Source: Podarcis filfolensis (Eukaryota). From it: 64,000 nucleotides of DNA. Made by a program: the position numbers and the translations under genes. The notes under the pieces are model-generated. The model worked only from the letters and a program-made list of their open reading frames with translations, made no database searches and had not been told where the DNA came from. Location: NCBI GenBank assembly GCA_964270895.1, contig OZ185446.1. The stretch is one strand, 5' to 3'. Position 1 is the first letter of the stretch; each line of letters begins with the position of its first letter. This document shows positions 39,533 to 50,045 of the stretch, in pieces.

Positions 39533-39990
39533 GTTAAGTATTTTTAACAATACTTTCTACCAGTTTTCCTGGGATGGATGGTAAACTAATTGGCCTGTAA
39601 TTTCCAAGACCCCGCCCCCCTGGCCACTGATCCCTTTCAGAAATTAGTGTCCCACTAACTACTTTCCAGCCCTCAGCTCTGGAGGCTGATCTGAGGGACA
39701 AGTTAGAAGATAAGCAATTCCACATTTGAGTTCCTTGAAAACTCTTGTGTGGATGCCAGCTAGACGCAGCAATTTGTTTTTATTTTGTTTATTAGGCCTA
39801 GAACCTCATCCCTCATCACCACTATCTGCCCCAGTTCCTTAGACTTGCCTCCTGCAAAAGTTAGTTATGGCACTGGGACCTGCCCTGTATCTTCTGTTGT
39901 GAAAATAGATGCAAATAATTCTTTCAGCTTCTACTCCATCTCCTTATGCTTATTTGACACACTTTGGCTCCCTCATCATCCAAGGGCCCA
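39533..39990 (-). mobile_element. Old CR1 fragment (start of RT region)
   Basis: Minus ORF includes GNYRPISLPSIPGKLVESIVK. Confidence 0.7.
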
Positions 39991-42798
39991 ACCACCTCCT
40001 TCCCATTGCTAGTTTTAATGTATTTGAGCCATTTTGGCACATGTCCTAAGCAAGTGTGTTTGCTAAGGCTTTGTTCTCTATGTGTTTAATAATTAAATGT
40101 TTTCATGGATATTTTATCATATATTGTATTTTCTGTATCTGTAAATTCTCTGAGATCTCTGTTGGTTGTGAGATGTGATAAATAAATTTTAAACAAAACA
40201 AACCAAAACGGCTAACTTTATGCTTTCCACCATTAGGCGTGCGATAGGAATAAGGTTGATAGTCCTTGGCTCAACCTCTTATTTTAAAATACTGGTATTA
40301 CGTTGGTGATCCTCCAGTCCATAATGACTTTGTTGTTAATAGTCAGAAATGTCATATGCATGTTCTTTAAGAGCACTCTGGTATATGCCACCCAAACTTC
40401 ACAGCTTGTGAATTTAAAACTTTCCAATTAGCTTTTAAAATGTAATGCTTTTTTCACCCCCACTTAACAAAACTACTCAGATCCTCTGCCTGAAAGCAAC
40501 AAAGATGTTGGTATCTATCCAGTCTTTTCCATGGCGAAGGCTGATGCAGAGATTTCAGTTCACAACAGACTGTAAGCAATAAAGTCTTGGAATTTGTAAA
40601 AGTTATGAGAAGTCCAGTGGCATCTTCAGAAGCCTCAGCAAGATTTCTACAGCACTGGAGGCACTAAAAATAGATGTGATGACATTGGAAGGATGTGCAA
40701 AACAATGTGAAAGAATTTGTGACTTGCTTTCATGAATAGTTATAGTAGGGTATTTGAAAAAAAATGTTAAGCATGAATTTGGAAAGTGAAAGGCAATTTA
40801 TAGAGAGCAGCAAGGATTACACACACAAAAAACCTGGATTAATAAATGTTTACATCTGAAAGTAATGTGGAGTGTATTGTTTAGCATCATGCTATTAGCA
40901 CAGCTGTTTGTTATTGATCAGATTTCAGATTTCATTCATTTTTTAAAAAAGATTAATTAAATGAACTTTGCCTTAAAAGCTATTATGAGAAAGAAACACA
41001 GTCAGTGGACTGAATCAATTGATTAGAGCTCACCCAATACATGTTGCTGCCTGAGGCAGAACAGCAAATAGTATCCCCTCTCCGGGTCAAAGCCTAGAAG
41101 CCACGTCTAGCCAAGCTATTTTGGCACCTGGGGCAGAAATCCCAAGACAGCTTCTCCTCTCTGTCCCCTCCCCAGAAGTAAATGCCAATAATAAATGCAG
41201 TGACTAACAATCTGCTGCCCTTGCATGATGCTTCTCTCTGCCTGAGGGTAGGGCCAGCTGTGTCAATGCTGCCTTTTCACCCAGAGAAGGGGCTTGGATC
41301 CAGCAGACACATTTGTGAAGACAAGCGAGGAGAGGGGGCACTCGCTGATTCTCTCTTTCCTTGGCAGCCCCCTGAAAACCTGCTCTGGTGGCAGGGAGGC
41401 TGTAGGGGGGAAGATGAAAGAGGGGCAAAAATGGCCTCTCTCCACTTTTCCATTGAGGGTCCAAACACCTAACCTGACTGAAAAAATCCCACTGAATCCT
41501 ACCACTAGGTACAAAGCTGTGAGTATGAGGCTGGACTTCATGCAATCCACTCTGCACAGGGCATGAAGGGCTGGAAGGCAAAGCATCATGCAGCAGCTCC
41601 CACACGGGAGGTGCTTGTGAGAATCTTTTCCACAGATGAATTTTCTTCTCCTTGGCTGTCAAATCTAAGTAGGGTCTTTTATTATAAATGTCATGGGAGC
41701 CACTGAAGGCTCAAAGAGTTCTTTGACAGGGTACCACAAAGCTGAATATGCGACACTTTTTAGTTGTAGGTCTCTCTTCCTCTGAGAAAACCATCTTTTC
41801 ACTGGGTACCCTGCCTAGTCAGGCAGGTGGTTTGCTAAATATAGTTCCCATTGACTGCTAACTGGTGTTTTAATTTTGCTACTGTCAAGATAAAGCAGGG
41901 AAGCATATTTTTTCAATATTAAAAAGGCTAAATGGCTTCTTATGCTGCCACTCTGCTTTCTCTAGTACCTCACCTGTGAATTGCAGAGTTCTTTTGCAAA
42001 CCTGCAGATATTTGCTTCTTGTTCACTGAGAGAAGCAAATGCCATGTTCAGAAATTATTTTGCACATTTGTTCCATGAATCTGTATAGCTCCCTGGCATT
42101 CTTACAACTTACCTGGATTCCGTGTGTAAGCTATCCTGAGGAATGTTGCTACTCTTATCAAACTTGTTTGGACTTCTTTTGAATTTCCTCAGGTGTTTTA
42201 TCTAACACAAAATTCACTTCTGGTGGAATCTGATGTAACACTAAGTATGTCAAGCTCCCATAAGCCTGCCTCCTGACAACACGTCTAAGTGACAAAGAGA
42301 ATTGGAGTAAAAACAAGGCCATTGAGACACAAAAGGGAAGACTCAGCCCAAAGTTTGCACAAAAGCTCTTTTCAAAACAACAAGAGGCTGGTGAGAACTT
42401 AGATGGCTCGGTAGCCATGGAATATAGAGTGATTGACAACGGGAAAAGAAAAGTTAGCATGGGAGGAAGGGAAGAGCAGAATGTACCGCTTGGAGAGAAA
42501 GGCTGGCTGGAACCATGAAGAGCAGCACTCCTGCGGTCCTGGCTCTTCGTCAGACGTGGAACTAGAATCATCATGATGCTTGGAAGTCTTACGGATTTGA
42601 TTTAAGAAGTCAGTTCAGCATCCCAACATGGGTCTGCAGGTTACAGATTGATAAGGCATGGAACAGATCTATGATACACGGCTAAGCAGTAAGCAAAGGT
42701 GCTGATCCAACACTTGACATGGCCTCTGCGCTCTCCTATTGAGCAGGCATGGCTCTTTGTGCAGCTGAAATCCCAAGCCTTCAGCCTGGGCAAGCCAG

Positions 42799-43206
42799 TT
42801 TGGAGAATTTTTCTGGCAGCTTCCTTGCCCCATTTGGAGCCCACACGTTTCCGTGGCGTGTCTCTGCTCCCTCCGGGCTTCCAGCTCCAGTTAGCAGAGC
42901 TTAGCACAGCGTCAGAAGTAAGCCTTGTGTGCAGCAATAAATCAGGCAGACGCTCGGTGTCTTCCTTATCTTACAAGTAGCTTTAATCTCGTACAAAAAC
43001 AACAGATTGTTACTTTCCCGGTGACACGCAACTCATCTTCTCGGTACGCTCCGTGAGCGACTCAACTCACACTGCGTGTGTCTCTCTCTCTCTCTCTCTC
43101 AGAGATACTGACCACTCCCACTTCAGTCAGTGTTCTAAACACGCCTCCGAGAATGTGAGGCGTCACTCAGAACTTCTTAACCCTGTAAGTTCTGACTCTC
43201 TCAATA
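42799..43206 (-). repeat. 3' LTR of the Copia-derived element (408 bp)
   Basis: By eye, differs from 45424-45827 only by one C/T change at a CpG and two extra TC units. Confidence 0.95.
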
Positions 43207-45185
43207 CCCCCTCTCGCATCACATTCTGAGAGGACTTGTGAACACACCTTTACAGACCTCTGTGTGTCCCACACCTTCCCACCTGCCTGTTGAGTCTCCT
43301 CACAAATCTCTGGTTCGCACTGTGCGAGACCAACCCACGCATTTGTGACTCGAAACCTCTCAGGTGGAATTCCCTTTGTTGCCCGTGAAGACCGCCTGGG
43401 CACAAACTGGGGTTCTTCTTCTGACCCACTGGGGCCAGCAAGAGCGTCTTCTTCATCAGACTCCCCCTCTGACTTGACCCGTCTGTGAGCTTTCTCCATC
43501 ACTCTAACAGGAGATGAGGGCTCACTCTTGGACACTCCTTTCACAACCTGTGGAGACGCCTCCCCCTGGTGCTGATCCTGATCATCGACCAGATCACCAT
43601 TACCTGGCTCTCCCTCCTCCTCAGATTCGGACAGACAATCTGAGACAATGTCATGGCTGACTTTACGCCTTGAGCTACTTTCCTGCTGCTCTTTGAACTC
43701 AGCATGCTTACTGACCAGAAGCTTGGTCTGATCACCTTCTGGGTACGCAAATCTCCACCCCTTGGTCGCGGGTTCATACCCACAGAAGATCATTTCCTGG
43801 TACCTTGGACCACCCTCTTGCTGCAAACACTTTGGTACAGGCACCATGGCCCTGCAACCAAACGAACGGAAGAAATGCACCTGCGGCTTCTGTCCGTTGA
43901 GCAAGAAATATGGGGTGTCACCTACCACTGCATTGTAGCACCTGTTCATCGTGAAATTGGCTGTTTTTACTGCCTCCCCCCAGAAACTGTGAGGCAACCC
44001 AGAGTCACTCAATAGGACCTCTGAAACTTGAACCAGAGCCTTACTCCTCAGCTCTGCCACGCCACTCTCCTGAGGCGAAGTCACCTTGTGACGTATCCCC
44101 CTCTGGCGAAAGAAACTCTTTAGAGCAGACCCAGTGACCTCAAAACAAACCATGTACCCCTCCTGTAAAAGACACGGTACAGACAAAAGACAACAATTCA
44201 GTCCCGGCGCCACGTAGACTTCCAGCTGCGCCTGCAGGAAAGAAAGATAAACATTCCCAGACTTTTTTACAAGCCTTTGTGACCCATCAGCAAAACACAC
44301 TGTTTTCCCAGCTGAAACAGCTCTGCAGTTCTTTATCTGGACACCAGGTGACTCAGGCACAAGATGTCTATTTGCAGCAGAGTCAATGACCCAACGTAGC
44401 ACATTGTCCTTCGTTGCCTTAGCAACAGAGTTCCTTCTGCCCCCCTCCTTGGGACCTTTACAGGTGTCTTTCAAAACAGCCATTGACGCAAACAGCTGAT
44501 AAGCACCTCCTTCCCCTTCCGGCCGTCCCTGGGACTTTCCACGCTGGCCTCTTCTCCCGGGCTGGTTCCCATGGGAAATGTCCTTGGGACTTTCCTGCCC
44601 TTTCTCTGGACAGCATCTGCGCAGGTGTTCAGGGGAACCGCAAACAAAACAGCAACGAATGGAAAACTTTACAAAGTGGCCTTTGGACTTCTGTGCCCCC
44701 CCACTCTTGCCAGCAGCACTCTTTAAGGCTTTTCTTTGAGGCTTGGGGACGTGGCCTTTGGCTTCCAGCTCTGTGGTTTCTCTGCAAACCTTCTCCAGCT
44801 CCTGCCAAACAGCCTTGGCACTTTCAAGACCCTTGGACTGGCCTTTCTGGCCTGCACCCCCATTCCTGGGTGCACAGCCTCCAGAGGAACAGCTTGCCTC
44901 TGCTTTCCTCTTCCCAGCTCTCAGCAGCTTTCCAGCACACGGCTGCCCATCACGTTGGCGTGTCAAAGCATTGCAGCAGCTTCCTGACACGGCTCCAGCC
45001 CCCCTTGTGCTTCCTGGGCGTTGCACAGCCCCTCCTGGACTTGCAGCTTCTGCAGCGTCTGTGCAGCATCTGGCCCCCTCTGGTGTGGCTCCCACTGCAA
45101 CCTTCAGTGCCTGCCACGCGACCCAGGGCTCCTTCCCGTCCGCCTCTTCAAAAGGGACTGCACGCAATTCATGGCTGTCTGCCAT
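43167..45185 (-). CDS. 672-aa Gag-protease-integrase(C-half) fusion polyprotein of Copia origin
   Basis: SAKAVWQEL (gag); CCHC knuckle C179-C182-H187-C192 (44610-44651); protease WVIDSAANRHL...VYVAPGLNCCLLSV; IN C-half GIRHKVTSPQESGVAE...SGLPHSFWGEAVKTA...SFGC...FCGYEPATKGWR; RRSSR..PPERF linker; stop 40 nt inside the 3' LTR. Confidence 0.85.
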   Translation of the reverse strand: MADSHELRAVPFEEADGKEPWVAWQALKVAVGATPEGARCCTDAAEAASPGGAVQRPGSTRGAGAVSGSCCNALTRQRDGQPCAGKLLRAGKRKAEASCSSGGCAPRNGGAGQKGQSKGLESAKAVWQELEKVCRETTELEAKGHVPKPQRKALKSAAGKSGGAQKSKGHFVKFSIRCCFVCGSPEHLRRCCPEKGQESPKDISHGNQPGRRGQRGKSQGRPEGEGGAYQLFASMAVLKDTCKGPKEGGRRNSVAKATKDNVLRWVIDSAANRHLVPESPGVQIKNCRAVSAGKTVCFADGSQRLVKKSGNVYLSFLQAQLEVYVAPGLNCCLLSVPCLLQEGYMVCFEVTGSALKSFFRQRGIRHKVTSPQESGVAELRSKALVQVSEVLLSDSGLPHSFWGEAVKTANFTMNRCYNAVVGDTPYFLLNGQKPQVHFFRSFGCRAMVPVPKCLQQEGGPRYQEMIFCGYEPATKGWRFAYPEGDQTKLLVSKHAEFKEQQESSSRRKVSHDIVSDCLSESEEEGEPGNGDLVDDQDQHQGEASPQVVKGVSKSEPSSPVRVMEKAHRRVKSEGESDEEDALAGPSGSEEEPQFVPRRSSRATKGIPPERFRVTNAWVGLAQCEPEICEETQQAGGKVWDTQRSVKVCSQVLSECDARGGIERVRTYRVKKF
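43207..43215 (-). promoter_or_regulatory. Polypurine tract (GAGAGGGGG)
   Basis: Immediately upstream of the 3' LTR in element orientation. Confidence 0.85.
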
Positions 45186-45415
45186 CTTCTCCCCCGGGGC
45201 CCAGCTTACTTACAGACAGTAGTAGCTCCTCCCGGCACCCGGTACAGCACAGCTCCTCCCAGCCGGCCCCTTGCCTCACGATCAAAGGCACAGCTCCCCA
45301 GCTGGCTCCAGCTGGCTTGGCTTTCAGCTTTTCTCCACTGCCCTCTTCCTTGGCAGGAGATCACACAGCACACACCGGCACGTACTTGGCTTGCTTCACA
45401 GAGTCAGCTGATCTT

Positions 45416-45423
45416 CCATAACC
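45416..45423 (-). promoter_or_regulatory. Primer-binding site, partial (GGTTATGG), half-tRNA-iMet type
   Basis: Directly follows the 5' LTR; matches the first 8 nt of the copia-type PBS GGTTATGGGCCCAG. Confidence 0.7.
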
Positions 45424-45827
45424 TTTGGAGAATTTTTCTGGCAGCTTCCTTGCCCCATTTGGAGCCCACACGTTTCCGTGGCGTGTCTCTGCTCCCTCCG
45501 GGCTTCCAGCTCCAGTTAGCAGAGCTTAGCACAGCGTCAGAAGTAAGCCTTGTGTGCAGCAATAAATCAGGCAGACGCTCGGTGTCTTCCTTATCTTACA
45601 AGTAGCTTTAATCTCGTACAAAAACAACAGATCGTTACTTTCCCGGTGACACGCAACTCATCTTCTCGGTACGCTCCGTGAGCGACTCAACTCACACTGC
45701 GTGTGTCTCTCTCTCTCTCTCAGAGATACTGACCACTCCCACTTCAGTCAGTGTTCTAAACACGCCTCCGAGAATGTGAGGCGTCACTCAGAACTTCTTA
45801 ACCCTGTAAGTTCTGACTCTCTCAATA
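45424..45827 (-). repeat. 5' LTR of the Copia-derived element (404 bp)
   Basis: Direct repeat of 42799-43206. Confidence 0.95.
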
Positions 45828-46043
45828 GCCAGTGGGTACTCTTTCCACAGAAGCTGAGCATTCAAGGTTTGTTCATGCTGGCACTGAGCCCTCTGCATCC
45901 TCGGAGATGGGGCAGAGTCTGCAGGGCTGTCAAATTGATTCTCAAATTGACTTTTCCCAAAGTAGAACTTGATTAGGTTGGGAACTGACCACTCCCCCCA
46001 TTTTTCTTTCTGCAATGCTTGTTTCAGGGGCAAAGGAATGCTT

Positions 46044-48949
46044 GTTGCTGTTTAGTCGTGTCCGACTCTTTGTGACCTCATGGACCAGAGCACGCCAGGC
46101 ACTGCTGTCTTCCACTGCCTCCTGCAGTTTGGTTGGTAGCTTCGAGAACACTGTCCAACCATCTCGTCCTCTGTCGTCCCCTTCTCCTTGTGCCCTCAAT
46201 CTTTCCCAGCATCGGGGTCTTTTCCAGGGAGTCTTTATGGTCCAGCTCTCACTTCCATACATCACTACTGGGAAAACCATGGCTTTAACTATACGGACCT
46301 TTGTTGGCAAGGTGATGTCTCTGCTTTTTAAGATGCTGTCTAGGTTTGTCATTGCTTTTCTCACAAGAAGCAGGCATCTTTGAATTTCGTGACTGCTGTC
46401 ACCATTTGCAGTGATCATGGAGCCCAAGAAAATAAAATCTCTCACTGCCTCCATTCCTTCCCCTTCTATTTGCCAGGAGGTGATGGGCCCAGTGGCCATG
46501 ATCTTCGTTTTTTTGATGTTGAGCTTCAGACCACATTTTGCGCTCTCCTCTTTCACCCTCATTAAAAGGTTCTTTAATTCCTCCTCACTTTCTGCCATCA
46601 AGGTTGTGTCATCTGCATATCTGAGGTTGTTGATATTTCTTCCGGCAATCTTAATTCCGGTTTGGGATCCATCCAGCCCACCTTTCGCATGATGAATTCT
46701 GCATATAAGTTAAATAAGCAGGGAGACAATATACAGCCTTGCCATACTCCTTTCCCAATTTTGAACCAATCAGCTGTTCCATATCCAGTTCTAACTGTAG
46801 CTTCTTGTCCCACATAGAAATTTCTCAGGAGACAGATGAGGTGATCAGGCACTCCCATTTCTTTAAGAACTTGCCATAGTTTGCTGTGGTCGACACAGTC
46901 AAAGGCTTTTGCATAGTCAATGAAGCAGAAGTAGATGTCTTTCTGGAACTCTCTAGCTTTCTCCATAATCCAGCGCATGTTTGCAATTTGGTCTCTGGTT
47001 CCTCTGCCCCTTCGAAATCCAGCTTGCACTTCTGGGAGTTCTCGGTCCACATACTGCTTAAGCCTGCCTTGTAGAATTTTAAGCATAACCTTGCTAGTGT
47101 GTGAAATGAGTGCAATTGTGCGGTAGTTGGAACATTCTTTGGCACTGCCCTTCTTTGGGATTGGGATGTAGACTGATCTTCTGCAATCCTCTGGCCACTG
47201 CTGAGTTTTCCAAATTTGCTGGCATATTGAGTGTAGCACCTTAACAGCATCATCTTTTAAAATTTTAAATAGTTCAGCTGGAATATCATCACTTCCACTG
47301 GCCTTGTTATTAGCAGTGCTTTCTAAGGCCCATTTGACTTCACTCTCCAGGATGTCTGGCTCAAGGTCAGCAACCACACTACCTGGGGTGTACGAGACAT
47401 CCATATCTTTCTGGTATAATTCCTCTGTGTATTCTTGCCACCTCTTCTTGATGTCTTCTGCTTCTGTTAGGTACTTTCCACTTTTGTTCTTTATTATGGT
47501 AATCTTTGTACGAAATGTTCCTTTCATATCTCCAATTTTCTTGAACAGATCTCTGGTTTTTCCCATTCTATTGTCTTCCTCTATTTCTTTGCATTGCTCG
47601 TTTAAGAAGGCCTTCTTGTCTCTCCTTGCTATGTTTTGGAAATCTGCATTCAATTTCCTGTATCTTTGACTATCTCCCTTGCATTTTGCTTGCCTTCTCT
47701 CCCCTGCTATTTGTAAGGCCTCATTGGACAGCCACTTTGCTTTCTTGCATTTCCTTTTTATTGGGATGGTTTTCGTTGCTGCCTCCTGTATAATGTTGTG
47801 ATCCTCCACCTATAGTTCTTCAGGCACTCTGTCCACCAAATCTAAATCCTTAAACTTGTTCCTCACTTCCACTGTGTATTCATAAGGGATTTGACATAGA
47901 TTGTATCTTACCAGCCCAGTGGTTTTTCCTACTTTCTTCAGTTTAAGCTTGAATTTTGCTATAAGAAGCTGATGATCTGAGCCACAGTCAGCTCCAGGTC
48001 TTGTTTTTGCTGACTGTATAGAGCTTCTCCATCTTTGACTGCAGAGAATATAATCAATCTGATTTTCATGCTGCCCACCTGGTGATGTCCATGTGTAGAG
48101 TCGTCTCTTGTGTTGTTGGAAAAGCGTGTTTGTGATGACCAGCTTGTTCTCTTGGCAGAACTCTATTAGCCTTTTCCCTGCTTCGTTTTGAACTCCAAGG
48201 CCAAACTTGCCCATTGTTCCTTTTATCTCTTGACGCCCTACTTTAGCATTCCAATCCCCTATAATGAGAAGAACATCCTTCTTTGGTGTCATTTCTAGAA
48301 GGTGTTGTAAGTCTTCATAGAAGTGGTCAATTTCAGTTTCTTCAGCACCAGTAGTTGGTGCATAAACTTGGATTATTGTGATGTTAAAAGGACTGCCTTG
48401 GATTCGTATCGAGATCATTCTATCATTTTTGAGATTGCATCCCAGTATAGCTTTCGCTACTCTTTTGTTGACTATGAGGGCTACTCCATTTCTTTTACGG
48501 GATTCTTGCCCACAGTAGTAGATATGATGGTCATCTGAACTGAATTCACCCATTCCTGTCCATTTTAGTTCACTGATGCCCGGGATGTCAATATTTATTC
48601 TTGCCATTTCATTTTTGACCACATCCAACTTACCAAGGTTCATGGTTCTTACATTCCAGGTTCCTATGCAATATTTTTCTTTACAGCATTGGACTTTCCT
48701 TTCGCTTCCAGGCATATCTGCAACTGAGCGACCTTTTGGCTTTGGCCCAGCCGCTTCATCAGCTCTGAATCTACTTTTATTTGTCCTCCCCTCTTCCTCA
48801 GCAGCATGTTGGACGCCTTCCGACCTGAGGGGCTCATCTTCCAGCGTCACAACTTTTATATGCCTGTTGTCTTTGTCCATGGAGTTTTCTTGGCAGGGAT
48901 ACTGGAGTGGCTTGCCGGTTCCTCCTCCAGGTGGATCATGTTTGGTCAA
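46044..48949 (-). pseudogene. Disrupted BovB ORF: APE endonuclease plus reverse transcriptase
   Basis: IGTWNVRTM, GDWNAKVG and DCGSDHQL (APE, 47810-48949); NYRTIALIS and FIDYAKAFD; YADD at 46608-46619. Frameshifts near 47810 and 46680 and deletions near 46225 and 46130. Confidence 0.9.
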
Positions 48950-49065
48950 AACTCTCCACTATGACCTGTCCATCTTGGGTGCCCTGCTCGGCATAGTTCA
49001 TAGCTTCTCTGAGTTATTCAAGCCCCTTCACCACGGCAAGGCAGTGATCCATGAAGGGGGAAAGG
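46044..49065 (-). mobile_element. BovB (RTE clade) LINE, full-length ends, about 3.0 kb
   Basis: 5' end catggatcactgccttgccgtggtgaaggggcttg; 3' end gagtcggacacgactaaacagcaac; 11-bp TSD aaggaatgctt (46033-46043 and 49066-49076). Confidence 0.95.
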
Positions 49066-49240
49066 AAGGAATGCTTAGCCTATGTGAATTCTCACAGGAT
49101 TCCAACTTGTGCTAATTACATTTTGTATCAACATTCTTTTGGCTTTGAAATTTTCATTACTTTTCTGAATTCATTACATGAGAAGAAACCCCTAAATTTG
49201 TGTGACAAATTTCTGTGACAAACCTACTTATTGGTTCATA

Positions 49241-50045
49241 TGTAGCAGCTTGTTTGCGTGTGAAGACCCCCAAACCACCCCCAAAATAAATCACAATAGA
49301 CACAGAATATTTGTTTAGGCTTTTGGCATTAATTTGGCCACAACTTTATTGACTACAGCATGTGAGTGGTTGCTTAGGCATTGGTTCAGACTACCTGAAC
49401 CTGCGCTCAAGCAGGAACAGGACTGACAACTAGACACCACCAGAGGTCAGTAAGGGAAAACACACCGGGGGAGCACAGAGGCGGATTTCCGTCTCTTAGT
49501 TCACCCCGGATGCTCCCAGGGACTCTGGCAAGGCCCTAGCCCTGAGAGGGGATTGGACAGAGCAAATTGAGCCCCTGGATTTCTTTAACAGAATTCCTTA
49601 GCAGCAGCAGCAAGATGTGGGGTAGGCACAGCCAACCATATCCCCTCCACAAAACAATGAACCAATGCCTAACTGCCAACCTTACAAAGTTGTGATGATT
49701 TGCTACATGGTAGGCAAAAACCAAATAGCACCAGCCAATCAGCCAAGTGGCAAAATTCCTACCGGGCCCCTGCTCCAAAAGCAGACAACTCCTAGACAGG
49801 CATAGCAAGGTCAAAAACACAACCTAAAATTATAGGGAGGGAGGGCGGGGGATCCGCTGCACGATGCAAAAGAGAAAGCTCCACGCATCATGCAGCACCT
49901 TCAATAGCCCCTCATACTCCAATCAAAGCCCAAACAGCCCAATTTTCTACCCCAGCAACAGAGGTGCAGCCAATGGGGTGCAGTGGTCATCCAATCAGGC
50001 CCACCCCAGCAACAAGGAGGCAGTTTAGGTGATCTCGCTGCAACA
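49241..50045 (-). mobile_element. Solo LTR (about 805 bp), older
   Basis: TGTAGCAGC...GCTGCAACA inverted termini; minus-strand AATAAA at 49345-49350; TSD unclear (cata/cgtg). Confidence 0.7.
49435..49452 (+). promoter_or_regulatory. CTCF-like motif inside the solo LTR
   Basis: CACCACCAGAGGTCAGTA resembles the CTCF core CCACCAGRGGGC. Confidence 0.35.

Larger units (their letters stand above)
42799..45827 (-). mobile_element. Internally deleted, non-autonomous Ty1/Copia LTR retrotransposon (3029 bp), very recent insertion
   Basis: Two near-identical LTRs, 5-bp TSD gccag (42794-42798 and 45828-45832), PBS, PPT, and Copia domain order gag-PR-IN; RT and RNase H absent. Confidence 0.92.

Noticed and set aside
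44483-45605. Plus-strand ORFs of 312, 159 and 194 aa antisense to the Copia ORF
   Set aside because: Shadow frames of a GC-rich coding strand; no recognisable motifs.
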